Shown: positions 17,875 through 27,166 of the stretch, piece after piece
Position numbering within the stretch: position 1 is the first letter of the stretch
Layout: every line of letters begins with the position of its first letter
Source of the DNA: Candidatus Caldarchaeum subterraneum
GTDB lineage: Archaea; Thermoproteota; Nitrososphaeria_A; Caldarchaeales; Caldarchaeaceae
DNA length: 64,000 nucleotides
Reading direction: 5' to 3'
Assembly (NCBI GenBank): GCA_000270325.1
Contig: BA000048.1
Location: forward strand, 515,709-579,708
Made by a program: the position numbers and the translations under genes
Notes under the pieces: model-generated
Seen by the model: the letters and a program-made list of their open reading frames with translations, nothing else
Told to the model about the DNA's origin: nothing
The model's database searches: none

Positions 17875-18447
17875 TTGTCATCCACGGTCCTCGAGTATGA
17901 TGGACGTGCTTTTTACGAGCTTGTTGTGAAAGAGTTCCGCAGACAGCTGCCTCTTATACAGGTTTCGCCCGACACTTGGATAGCGTATTTCGACAGTTTG
18001 GGAGACCGTGAATTCATAGCCTATTGTGCAAAAATCCTCGCCGACCATCTGCGGGACTGCGAGATTCTGGTCACCTCGGAGAGCAAGGGGATACCGCTGG
18101 TTCATGAGATAGCCTCCACACTCGGCCACCCACGCTACATAGTCTGCAGAAAAGAGAGGAAAGCCTTCATGAAAGACCCGATAATCGTCACCTACAGACC
18201 CATTACCTCCGCGAAAGACCTGGAGCTGGTGATAGACGGTAGATACGTGCCCTACATCAAGGGCAAAAAAGTTGGAATAGTCGACGACATCGTCAGCACA
18301 AAAAACACCATGGAAGCTATGGAGAAAATCGTGAACCTAGCAGGCGGCATAGTCACCAAAAAAGCAACAGTCCTCGTCGAAGGCGAACACCACAAAGACG
18401 TCATTTACCTCGGCGTCCTCCCCATATTCAAAAAAACACGACAATAA
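17875..18447 (+). CDS. Phosphoribosyltransferase-fold protein with a variant PRPP motif
   Basis: VGIVDDIVSTKNTMEA resembles the PRPP-binding loop of type I PRTases but lacks the canonical Gly. Confidence 0.5.
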   Translation: MSSTVLEYDGRAFYELVVKEFRRQLPLIQVSPDTWIAYFDSLGDREFIAYCAKILADHLRDCEILVTSESKGIPLVHEIASTLGHPRYIVCRKERKAFMKDPIIVTYRPITSAKDLELVIDGRYVPYIKGKKVGIVDDIVSTKNTMEAMEKIVNLAGGIVTKKATVLVEGEHHKDVIYLGVLPIFKKTRQ

Positions 18448-18450
18448 CAC

Positions 18451-18457
18451 CTATAAA
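18451..18457 (+). promoter_or_regulatory. Putative TATA box (CTATAAA) about 28 nt upstream of tRNA-Gln(CUG)
   Basis: Position and composition only. Confidence 0.3.
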
Positions 18458-18481
18458 CAACCAAAACAAAAAATCATACGC

Positions 18482-18596
18482 AGCCCGGTCGTCTAGCGGC
18501 CAAACCTGGTCAGAAGAGGGCCATGGATCTCGGGCTCTGGATCACTCCTCTGTGAGGAGAACCCCGAGGACGCCGGTTCGAATCCGGCCCGGGCTA
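18482..18596 (+). tRNA. tRNA-Gln (anticodon CUG) with two 21-nt introns, one in the D-arm and one at the anticodon loop
   Basis: Exons align base-for-base with the intron-less tRNA-Gln(UUG) at 37525-37597 (AGCCCGG-UC-GUCU-AGCGGCCAA...GGAU); anticodon stem TCGGG/CCCGA, loop CUCUGG; T-arm GCCGG-TTCGAAT-CCGGC; discriminator A. Confidence 0.65.
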
Positions 18597-18991
18597 TGGC
18601 TTTGTTTCATTTCTAAAGGCCGGGGTTCATGTTGGAGCGAAAGAAGCAACGGCTCGAGGAACACTTAGGAGAAGAAGACTCCTGCCAGCCAGCCAACCCA
18701 TTATAATGGTTTTTAGCCATGAATCGTTTTCCTTTGTGTCCAAAAATTGGCTGATGAGCGATGATGTTCTTCTAGCTTCTGGTAGAGGCTTGCATTTTTC
18801 CTAACCCGTGACCACACACTTGTGTGATAAGCCTCTCGGGTCAAGCTCTTGCCCCCAACACGGACATGAGATCCGTTGAAGAAATCACGCTGCTCGAGCG
18901 GTATGTGGTTGGAGCGGAGACGACTGTCGCTGCATAACTTCGCTGGAATTCTTATATCGTGGGTAATTTATTATTTTGTGGGAAGAATTCC

Positions 18992-19240
18992 ATGAGTGTG
19001 GTCAGTATCGATAAACGTGGGAGGGTTATTCTTCCCAAGGGGATTAGGGAGATGGGTGATAGGGCTGTTGTCATCTCTGCTGGGAGTTTTGCGGTTGTCA
19101 TCCCTATTGCTAAGGAGCCTGCGAGTGTGGCGGAAGGGTGGCTTAAGTCCAAGAGAGGAAGAAAGGAACTTGGGTTGGTTGCGGAGAAGAGAGCAAAAGC
19201 TGACGCTGTTGCGAGAGCTAGAAGGAGAAGACAGCTATGA
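18992..19240 (+). CDS. AbrB/SpoVT-type antitoxin (VapB/MazE-like)
   Basis: MSVVSIDKRGRVILPKGIRE is the swapped-hairpin AbrB signature; start taken at the internal Met of ORF 18959..19240. Confidence 0.6.
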   Translation: MSVVSIDKRGRVILPKGIREMGDRAVVISAGSFAVVIPIAKEPASVAEGWLKSKRGRKELGLVAEKRAKADAVARARRRRQL

Positions 19241-19452
19241 TGATAGAGAGTGATGTTATCTATGCTTATGTTAAGTCGAGTGACTGGCTAAAACCAGCGG
19301 CAAACAAGCTGATGTCTAGAATAACGCGGGGAGAGTTTGGGACAGTGTATTCAAGTAGAGAGATTCTACACGAACTATATTATGTCTCACTGGAAGAGGG
19401 AGTGTCTATTGAGGAATTCATAAGAAGAGCGGCAACAGTTTTTGATGTTTGA
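19237..19452 (+). pseudogene. N-terminal fragment of a PIN-domain toxin (truncated VapC)
   Basis: 71-aa ORF MMIESDVIYAYV... overlaps the antitoxin stop by 4 nt but is only about half PIN length and ends 14 nt before the convergent kdgK gene. Confidence 0.35.
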
Positions 19453-19465
19453 CGGGTTGATGTTT

Positions 19466-20428
19466 CTATTCTTTTGGATGGATGTTTATGTGCTTGATGT
19501 TGGTGTCTATGTCTTCTTCGGTGGGGAGAGCTTCTTCGTCTCCTCTTACTGTTACCACGAGGGTGCCTGCTATGGTTGCTCGTTGGAGTGATTTGTTGAG
19601 GCTTCTGCCTTTCAGGATGGATGTTATGAATGTGCCTGCGAAGGCGTCTCCTGCGCCTATCGGGTCCTCGACATACACAGGGAGAGGGGCAGCGAATGCT
19701 CTGTTGTTTCTATCCGCGGCCAAGGCCCCGCGTTCACCCATTTTGAGCACCACAATATCCACACCCATGTTGAGAAAGGTTTTGATGATCGTGTCTTGGT
19801 CCATGGTTCCCAGCAGTATAGATGCGTCCGTGGGGTCTGTGAAAAGTATGTTGGTCTTCTCTATTATCGGCATCAGGGTTTTGACGGCTCTTTCGTTTGT
19901 TTTCCACAGCACGGGCCTTATGTTTGTGTCGAATGAGATGGTGACATCGTTCGAGACAGCTGCTTCTAAGGCCTTGTATGTGGCGTTTTTCGCTGTTTCG
20001 CTCAGCGCGGGTGTTATGCCTGTCACGTGGAAGACTTTGGCTGACCCGATGTAGTCTGGGTCGATGTCCTCGGGTGATAGTCTGCTTCCCGCTGAGCCTG
20101 TTCGGTAGTAGAACATTTTGCTCCTCGCCGGTATCGGAAAGCCCCGCTGGACAAAGTAAATTCCTGTAGGTGCTTCTGGGTCGATTTTCACATGTGAGAT
20201 GTCCACTCCTTCTCCTCTAACCCAGTTGATGATGCATTTTCCGAATTCGTCATCACCGACCCTTGTGATAAGCCCTGAGTCGAGACCCTGCCTTCTCACG
20301 CAAACGGCAACGGTTGTCTCCGCCCCGGCGACATGCCGCTCGAACAACGTGACATGTCTAAGTGGGCCTCTTGTTACCGCGTTGAGTTGAATTAGTGATT
20401 CGCCGAGAGTCACAACTGTTGGAGACAT
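19466..20428 (-). CDS. kdgK: PfkB-family sugar kinase, probably 2-keto-3-deoxygluconate kinase
   Basis: PfkB signature DPIGAGDAFAGTF; adjacent to a DapA-family aldolase. Confidence 0.65.
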   Translation of the reverse strand: MSPTVVTLGESLIQLNAVTRGPLRHVTLFERHVAGAETTVAVCVRRQGLDSGLITRVGDDEFGKCIINWVRGEGVDISHVKIDPEAPTGIYFVQRGFPIPARSKMFYYRTGSAGSRLSPEDIDPDYIGSAKVFHVTGITPALSETAKNATYKALEAAVSNDVTISFDTNIRPVLWKTNERAVKTLMPIIEKTNILFTDPTDASILLGTMDQDTIIKTFLNMGVDIVVLKMGERGALAADRNNRAFAAPLPVYVEDPIGAGDAFAGTFITSILKGRSLNKSLQRATIAGTLVVTVRGDEEALPTEEDIDTNIKHINIHPKE

Positions 20429-20430
20429 TT

Positions 20431-21318
20431 TTATGCCCTTAGCTCCTGCTCCTTGGGCAGAAGGTTTTCCAGCGTATTTTTCTCTTCGGGTGTTAGGTCG
20501 CGTGTGGGCGGTATGGGGCCGCCGATGTCTATGCCTCTTAGTTTGAGGGCGTAGCGGTTGGACGCCATGTCTGGCCCGATTTTCTTAAGCGCCGCTCTGA
20601 CCTTGTTAAGTATGGTCTGAAGCCTGAGAGCTTCATCCAGCTTACCATTTTTCACACAGTCAAATACTTGTTTGGCGATTTCTGGATAAATTGAGGAGAG
20701 AGAGCTTACGTGAACGCGATATCCTATGATGAAGCTGTAGACCATGAGGTGGTCTCCGCCGGCTCCCAGAAACCTGCTTCCCTTGAATCTTTTGAACACT
20801 TGGAGGAGTGTGTCAGGGTCTCCGCTGCTCTCCTTCAACCCAACCGTCGGCTTGACTGTTTCAAGAATCTTCTGAAGACCTTCTAAGGGGATGCTGTATC
20901 CTTGGCGGCCGGGATTGTTGTAGACCAGCACGGGAACGGAGGAAATGTCTGCGATGGATTGGTAGAAGGATGTGAGTGAGTCGGGGTCGTATCTGTAGTA
21001 GAACGGGGCGACGGCTGAGACGGCGTGTGCACCTATTCTCGAGGCGTGGCGTGTGAGCTGTTTAACCGTATCCATGTCCGAGGCGCCTACATGGATTATA
21101 ACGAGGCCCCGTGAACCCGCGTATTCTACAGCCGCCTCAGCCACCTCCTGCCTAGCCGAGGGCCCGAGTTTAACACCTTCTCCCGTCGTGCCTAGAACGA
21201 AGAACCCGTTTACCCCATGTTTAAGATGGAACTCTATAAGCTCAGCCATCTTCTCTCTGTAAGCCGTTGATGGTGTAAGAAGCGCGGACACTATGCCCTC
21301 GAATTTTTCCAGCTCCAT
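20431..21318 (-). CDS. kdgA: DapA/NAL-family aldolase, probably 2-keto-3-deoxy-(phospho)gluconate aldolase
   Basis: GFFVLGTTGEG motif of the DapA family; operon partner of the PfkB kinase. Confidence 0.65.
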   Translation of the reverse strand: MELEKFEGIVSALLTPSTAYREKMAELIEFHLKHGVNGFFVLGTTGEGVKLGPSARQEVAEAAVEYAGSRGLVIIHVGASDMDTVKQLTRHASRIGAHAVSAVAPFYYRYDPDSLTSFYQSIADISSVPVLVYNNPGRQGYSIPLEGLQKILETVKPTVGLKESSGDPDTLLQVFKRFKGSRFLGAGGDHLMVYSFIIGYRVHVSSLSSIYPEIAKQVFDCVKNGKLDEALRLQTILNKVRAALKKIGPDMASNRYALKLRGIDIGGPIPPTRDLTPEEKNTLENLLPKEQELRA

Positions 21319-21420
21319 TTCGTTCCTATGGGAGATGCGGTGTATATAGGAGTTGCCCCATGCAAGCGTCTGTCAAACACGATTCAGCGCTCGCGAGGGA
21401 TTCGGAATATCATTTAAGTT

Positions 21421-22287
21421 ATGGCTCTGTGTTATTCATATGTTATGAGCTGGGGGAGTCTTCCAACCGAGCCCAAGGTTGAGGGCGAGTTCGTTGTTGA
21501 GCGTCGTGCGGTGAAGCCGGGTCGACGGTTCGAGGGCCTGAATGTGTTTGTGACGGGTGCTGGACGCGGTTTCGGCAGGCTGATTGCTCTGGGGTTTGCG
21601 CGCGAAGGTGGCAACGTGGTTGTTCACTACAACAAGTCAGCCGAATCCGCGCTGCAGACGGCGAAGGAGATTGAGCAGATGGGTGTTAGAGCCTATACTG
21701 TCAAAGCTGATGTTACGAAGTGGGATGAGGTGAAGCAGGCTGTTGAAAAGACTTGGCGAGAGTTCGGGCCCATCGACGTGTTGGTTAACAACGTGGGAGA
21801 CACGGCGCCGGGTCAGATGTCGTGGCGGGAGATAACGGAGGAGAGGATTGACCATGTGCTTGCGGTAGATATCAAGGGAACGTTGTTTATGACGCATGAG
21901 GTTGGGTCTCGGATGCTTGAGCGAAAAAAGGGTGTGATTGTCAACATCTGCTCCAACGTCATCACCACCGGAAGCCCGCGTGCGCCACAGTACGCGGCCT
22001 CCAAATATGGTGTTCTCGGTCTCACCAAATCCTACGCAAACGCTTTCGCGCCCTATGTGAGAGTGAACGCCGTCGCGCCGGGCTACATGGAGACAGAGTC
22101 GCTATTATCGAGGCCCGACTGGACAGCAGGTAGAAGGAAATGGGTTATCGAGCATACTCCTCTCCGCAGGATAGCGAAGCCCGAGGACATCGTGCCTGTT
22201 GTGCTCTTCCTCGCCTCGGATGATTCGATACACATGACAGGAAACGTCGTAATCTGTGACGGCGGATTCAGTATGCCGGGTGCCTAG
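21421..22287 (+). CDS. Short-chain dehydrogenase/reductase (SDR)
   Basis: VFVTGAGRGFGRLIA Rossmann motif, YAASK catalytic motif. Confidence 0.75.
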   Translation: MALCYSYVMSWGSLPTEPKVEGEFVVERRAVKPGRRFEGLNVFVTGAGRGFGRLIALGFAREGGNVVVHYNKSAESALQTAKEIEQMGVRAYTVKADVTKWDEVKQAVEKTWREFGPIDVLVNNVGDTAPGQMSWREITEERIDHVLAVDIKGTLFMTHEVGSRMLERKKGVIVNICSNVITTGSPRAPQYAASKYGVLGLTKSYANAFAPYVRVNAVAPGYMETESLLSRPDWTAGRRKWVIEHTPLRRIAKPEDIVPVVLFLASDDSIHMTGNVVICDGGFSMPGA

Positions 22288-23577
22288 ATGACCGCCACGA
22301 TACAGGATGTTTTAGCGAAGATTGATGTGGAGAAGACGATTAAGCGGACGCTTGACTTGGCTAACATAGAGAGTCCGACGGGTTTCGAGGGCGAGTGTGC
22401 AGAGGCTTATGCGAGGATGATGGAGGAGGTGGGGATGCGTGTCAAGCTTCAGGAGGTTGAGCCGGGTCGTCTCAACGCGGTCGGGGTGCTGCCAGGTAAA
22501 GGCGGCGGCCCATCGCTGATGTTCAACGGACACCTCGACACATCTTTCTCTCCACGCGAACCCGCCGAGATACTTAAAGCGATTTCACCGGTTTACAGGC
22601 TTGAGCCGCCGTGGGCCTATCGAGAAGGTGACTGGCTGTATGGCATGGGCGTTTTCAACATGAAGGGCGCGTTGGCGGCGTATGTCTCGGCTGTCGAGGC
22701 GCTGCAGAACGCTGGTGTGGAGCTGAAGGGCGACATCATGATTGCGGGCGTTGTTGGCGAGATTGAGAAGACACAGGTCGACCAATACAGGGGTGCACAG
22801 TACAGGGGCTATGGCACGGGAACCGCATACCTCGTAACACACGGCGGCGTAACAGATTTCGCCATCCTCGGCGAGCCAACAGGCCTCCGCCTCATGCTGA
22901 CACACTTCGGCTCCGTCTGGGCAAAAATGTATCTCAAAGGCCAGATGGTTCACACAGCCCATTCCACCGGCGTAACCAACCTAATTCTCCGAATGAACAG
23001 GGTGCTGAACGTTTTGGAGGAGTGGATTCCAAAGTATCAGGAGAGGTTCAGCCATCAGGGGGTGAAGCCGACGGTTAACATCGGCTCGATAGAGGGTGGA
23101 TGGCCTTGGAGATGCTCCCGGACACCGTGGTTTTGCAACCTATACGTCGACCTTCGGTATCCGCCGCCATACTCGGCCGTGGACGTTAAAGAGGCTCTCG
23201 AGGAGATGTTGAATGAGGTTGAGAAACGCTATGGCTTCAAGCCGATGCTCGACATCTATGTGAGCGATGCATGGGCCACTGTTCCCGAGGACTCGGCTGT
23301 GGTGAAGGCGATTGACGAGGGGCATAAAGCTGTGTTTGGCACACCTGCGGAGCGCGTTGTTTTTTCATGGTCATCCGACGCAAACGTTTTGACTAGAAAT
23401 GGTGTGGTGGCGGTCAACTACGGACCATCAGGAGGCCCCGGCAAAGAGATGCGTGGAACACTCTACATACCCAACCTCATCGCATGCACCAAAGTCTACA
23501 CCGTCGCCAGCATGAACCTATGCAACATGGACAGGAAAAAGGTAAAACAGCGCTTCACAATAACCTACGGTGAGTAA
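22288..23577 (+). CDS. M20-family metallopeptidase/deacylase (ArgE/DapE-like)
   Basis: NGHLDT metal-binding motif; size 429 aa. Confidence 0.65.
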   Translation: MTATIQDVLAKIDVEKTIKRTLDLANIESPTGFEGECAEAYARMMEEVGMRVKLQEVEPGRLNAVGVLPGKGGGPSLMFNGHLDTSFSPREPAEILKAISPVYRLEPPWAYREGDWLYGMGVFNMKGALAAYVSAVEALQNAGVELKGDIMIAGVVGEIEKTQVDQYRGAQYRGYGTGTAYLVTHGGVTDFAILGEPTGLRLMLTHFGSVWAKMYLKGQMVHTAHSTGVTNLILRMNRVLNVLEEWIPKYQERFSHQGVKPTVNIGSIEGGWPWRCSRTPWFCNLYVDLRYPPPYSAVDVKEALEEMLNEVEKRYGFKPMLDIYVSDAWATVPEDSAVVKAIDEGHKAVFGTPAERVVFSWSSDANVLTRNGVVAVNYGPSGGPGKEMRGTLYIPNLIACTKVYTVASMNLCNMDRKKVKQRFTITYGE

Positions 23578-23579
23578 GC

Positions 23580-25919
23580 ATGATGAGCAAGTATGTGGGT
23601 AAGCCGATTAAGAGAAGAGAGGACCCGATTCTTTTGACAGGCCGTGGCAGATACGTTGACGATATTAAACTCCCCAACATGGTTTACGCAGGGTTTGTCC
23701 GCTCACCCTACGCACACGGCCGCATAGTCTCCATAGATCTTTCAGAGGCGCAGAAGCATCCCGATTTTGTCGCAGCTCTTCTCCCAGAGGAGGCTGCTCC
23801 GCTGCCCAGCTGGATGAAGTATAAAGGTCTCCGCGATGTTCCGAGGTTTTCGCTTGCACGGGGCAAGGTAAGGTTCGTGGGGGAGCCTGTTGTCGGCGTG
23901 GCTGTGAAGGACCGGTACAGCGTTGAGGAGGTTGTGTCGCTGGTTAACGTGGAGATTCAGCCGCTGCCCCCGGTTGTGGATGCTGAGGAGGGCCTCAAAC
24001 CCGGGGCGCCTCTACTCTACGAGGAGTGGGGGGACAACATCATCATGAACTACAGCTTCAAGGCCGGAGATGTGGAGGCGGCTTTTGCCTCAGCAGACCT
24101 TGTTCTACAGAGAAGATATGTGAACCAGAGGTATGCACCGACTCCGATTGAGGGCCGTGGCGTGGTGGCCGACTTCGACAAATCACGTGGAGAGCTGACT
24201 GTGTGGGACTCGACACAGTTTCCGCATGTTCTCCAGACATATCTTTCTCAGGCCCTCAACTATCCCGAGAACAGGATACGGGTGATTGCGCCCGATGTAG
24301 GCGGCGGCTTCGGGCCCAAGTCAAGCGTCTGGCCTGAGGAGGTCTCCACGATACAGCTCGCGATGAAGCTGGGGAGGCCGGTGAAATGGGTGGAGACAAG
24401 GAGCGAGCACATGCTTGTCTGCGGCCACGAGCGGCAGCAGGTCCACTATGTTGAAGCGGCTTTCAAGAGAGATGGTAAGCTTCTCGCCATACGTGACAAG
24501 GTCATCGCAGACATCGGTGTGTATGGTGCTTTCTGGACCGAGACCCAGCCTGTGATGGTTACTATGGCCGCTATCCCCGGCCCCTACCGCTTCGACGCCT
24601 ACCAATACGAAGTTTTCTGCGTGGCAACCAACAAGGCTCCTTATTCGCCGCACAGAGGATTCGGCAGACCTGTGGCCGCGTTTGTTATGGAGAGGTTGAT
24701 GAACGACGCCGCCGCAAACCTCGGCATCGACCCTGTGGAGATACGGCGCAGAAACCTCATACCCGCCGAGGCCATGCCATTCAAAAACATTCACAACATC
24801 GTGTATGACAGCGGCGACTACCCCAAAGCACTCGAAGAAGCCCTCAAGCTGGCGCAATATGATAGGCTGCGGCGCATGCAGGCCGAGGCCCGTAAACAGG
24901 GCCGCTTGATAGGAATAGGCATAGCGATGTATGTCGAATACACTACGCCGAGCAGCGAGAGGCTTGACAAGGGGCTTGGATGGGAGGTGGGCGGATATGA
25001 TTCGGCGACTGTGCGGATTGAGCCTGAGGGCAAGGTTGTTGTCTTGACGGGGACGGCGAGCCAGGGACAGGGCCACTACACCGTGTATGCACAGCTTGCA
25101 GCCGACTACCTCGGAGTAAACATGGATGATGTCACGGTTTTCGAGGGTGACAGCAAGACCTGTCCCTATGGGTTCGGCGCATGGGCGAGCCGCAGCACCG
25201 TCGCCGTCGGAGGAGCCATCATCAAAGCCTGTGAAACACTCCTCGCAAAAGTCAAACACATAGCCGCCCACATGCTGGAAGCCAGCCCCGAAGATATCGA
25301 GGCAAGCGACGGCAAACTCTACGTCAAAGGCTCACCAGACAAATACGTAACCTTCGCAGATGTCGCCAAGATAGCGTGGCGCCAGCCCACCCGTCTCCCA
25401 CCCGACACAGAGCCAGGCCTAGAGGCCACTGCACACTATGAGCCAAAAGCCTTCACCACATGCAGCTACGCCGTCCACATACCCGTGGTTGAAATAGACC
25501 CCGAGACAGGCCAGATGAAGGTGCTTGAGTACCATATCTTCGACGACAGCGGCCGCGTCCTCAACCCACTCACCCTCTACGGCCAGATACACGGCGCTTT
25601 GGCCCACGGCGTCGGCGGCGCAATATACGAGGAGCTTGTGTATGACGAGAATGGGCAGCTGCTTACAAGCACTTTCGCCGACTACCTCATCCCAAGCGCT
25701 GTGGAAATGTTTAACATGAACATAGGGCACATGGAGACACCTTCTCCGCAGCCCGGAGGATTCAAGGGCATGGGCGAGGGAGGAGCCATCGGCGCACCCG
25801 CTGCACTGGCCAACGCCGTCCAAGACGCTCTAGCACATCTCGGAGTAATCGTCGACCAGACACCTCTCAAACCCGAATACATCCGCAACCTGATAGCAAA
25901 AGCCAGAAAACCCGTTTAA
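23580..25919 (+). CDS. Molybdopterin-dependent oxidoreductase large subunit (xanthine dehydrogenase/aldehyde oxidoreductase family)
   Basis: N-terminal KPIKRREDPILLTGRGRYVDD and 779-aa size typical of CoxL/CutA-type subunits; no medium/small subunit genes adjacent. Confidence 0.7.
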   Translation: MMSKYVGKPIKRREDPILLTGRGRYVDDIKLPNMVYAGFVRSPYAHGRIVSIDLSEAQKHPDFVAALLPEEAAPLPSWMKYKGLRDVPRFSLARGKVRFVGEPVVGVAVKDRYSVEEVVSLVNVEIQPLPPVVDAEEGLKPGAPLLYEEWGDNIIMNYSFKAGDVEAAFASADLVLQRRYVNQRYAPTPIEGRGVVADFDKSRGELTVWDSTQFPHVLQTYLSQALNYPENRIRVIAPDVGGGFGPKSSVWPEEVSTIQLAMKLGRPVKWVETRSEHMLVCGHERQQVHYVEAAFKRDGKLLAIRDKVIADIGVYGAFWTETQPVMVTMAAIPGPYRFDAYQYEVFCVATNKAPYSPHRGFGRPVAAFVMERLMNDAAANLGIDPVEIRRRNLIPAEAMPFKNIHNIVYDSGDYPKALEEALKLAQYDRLRRMQAEARKQGRLIGIGIAMYVEYTTPSSERLDKGLGWEVGGYDSATVRIEPEGKVVVLTGTASQGQGHYTVYAQLAADYLGVNMDDVTVFEGDSKTCPYGFGAWASRSTVAVGGAIIKACETLLAKVKHIAAHMLEASPEDIEASDGKLYVKGSPDKYVTFADVAKIAWRQPTRLPPDTEPGLEATAHYEPKAFTTCSYAVHIPVVEIDPETGQMKVLEYHIFDDSGRVLNPLTLYGQIHGALAHGVGGAIYEELVYDENGQLLTSTFADYLIPSAVEMFNMNIGHMETPSPQPGGFKGMGEGGAIGAPAALANAVQDALAHLGVIVDQTPLKPEYIRNLIAKARKPV

Positions 25920-25975
25920 CATCTCTCCTTTTTTCCCTTAAATATTTGCTAGACCGTGTTTGACGCGGGTTCATA

Positions 25976-27166
25976 GTGGAGCGGCTTGAGCAGAAGCTGC
26001 TTGTTCAGAAGATTGAGCGCGGTGTTGTGATTGACCATATAGCCCCGTGCAAAGGTTTCCTCATCTACAGCATCCTCAACCCAGACCCTGGCTCGACAGC
26101 AGTCATAGCGAAAAACGTTCCTTCAACAAAGCTGGGCCGCAAAGACTTGGTTAAGATAGAGGGCGAATACATTACTTCGAGCCTCGTTAACGTCATCGCA
26201 CTCATCTCCCCGACAGCCACCATAAACATCATCGCCGACTGGAGTGTGAAGTCGAAAGAACGTGTAAACCCGCCCAGAGAAGTGGTGGGGGTCATCGACT
26301 GCAGAAACCCGTTATGCAGCTCAAAAGGGCCCAACAGCAGGTTCTACGTCAACCTAAACACCGAAAACCTCGAGCTAACCACCCTGAAATGTGGAAGCTG
26401 CGGATACGTCTACTATTATGAGGATGCTGTGAAGGAGATTTCGCAGCGTGCATCAAGCGGGATACTTGTGTCAAGGACACGTGTTCAGCGTGAGCTGTTG
26501 GACCTGCTTGTCAAGAAAGGCGGCCTCCGCTACCATCAAAAGTTTAGGCTGAAGAGCGGCAGGGTCAGCCCCTACTTCATCAACATGGGTGCTTTGAACG
26601 ACGGCGAGTCACTCTCCAAGCTACGATGGATATTCGCCAGCTACATAGCGCTGCTCCTCAAAGAAAACATCCTCGAAGACTTCGACTTCGTCTTCGGCCC
26701 CGCATACAAAGGCATCAACCTCGCGTCACTCGTCTGCGAAGGTTTGAAAGAATACTATGGAATAAACAAGCGTTTTCTCTATGACAGGAAAGAGGTGAAG
26801 GAATACGGCGACGTTAGGATGGATGGCAGCATCGTTGGTTCCGAGTATTTCCAGCCGGGGCAGAAGATACTGATTGTCGATGACACAGTGACGACTGGGA
26901 GGACGAAGGTGGCGTCGATAAAGAAGCTCGACTCGCTCGGCAGCCACAGAGTTGTCGCGGTCGTGGTCGCCGTCGACAGACAGGAAACATCCGAGGAAGA
27001 GGGGATAAGCGCTGTGGAATATCTTGAAAAGACTCTCGGCGTCAGGGTTCACCCAATTCTCACAGCCTCCAGCATCTATGAGATGATTAAGAGCGGGCTT
27101 TCTCAGGAGGAGCAGGAAGAATGGGTGCGATACTACCGGGACTATGGGGTGGTGAAGCTTTCTTGA
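25976..27166 (+). CDS. Fusion protein: aspartate carbamoyltransferase regulatory-subunit (PyrI) domain + orotate phosphoribosyltransferase (PyrE) domain
   Basis: N-terminal ~150 aa: LLVQKIERGVVIDHI, GRKDLVKIE, CRNPLCS...LKCGSCGY (PyrI Zn domain); C-terminal part: GRVSPYFINMGAL ... ILIVDDTVTTGRTK (PRTase PRPP motif). Confidence 0.7.
   Translation: MERLEQKLLVQKIERGVVIDHIAPCKGFLIYSILNPDPGSTAVIAKNVPSTKLGRKDLVKIEGEYITSSLVNVIALISPTATINIIADWSVKSKERVNPPREVVGVIDCRNPLCSSKGPNSRFYVNLNTENLELTTLKCGSCGYVYYYEDAVKEISQRASSGILVSRTRVQRELLDLLVKKGGLRYHQKFRLKSGRVSPYFINMGALNDGESLSKLRWIFASYIALLLKENILEDFDFVFGPAYKGINLASLVCEGLKEYYGINKRFLYDRKEVKEYGDVRMDGSIVGSEYFQPGQKILIVDDTVTTGRTKVASIKKLDSLGSHRVVAVVVAVDRQETSEEEGISAVEYLEKTLGVRVHPILTASSIYEMIKSGLSQEEQEEWVRYYRDYGVVKLS

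Noticed and set aside
13005-19452. Calling the accessory island an intact integrated mobile element
   Set aside because: No integrase, transposase or terminal repeat could be identified by eye; it is reported only as a compositionally distinct accessory region.
24321-25271. 316-aa minus-strand ORF inside the molybdopterin oxidoreductase gene
   Set aside because: Antisense to a well-supported 779-aa gene; no motifs; GC-rich antisense artefact.
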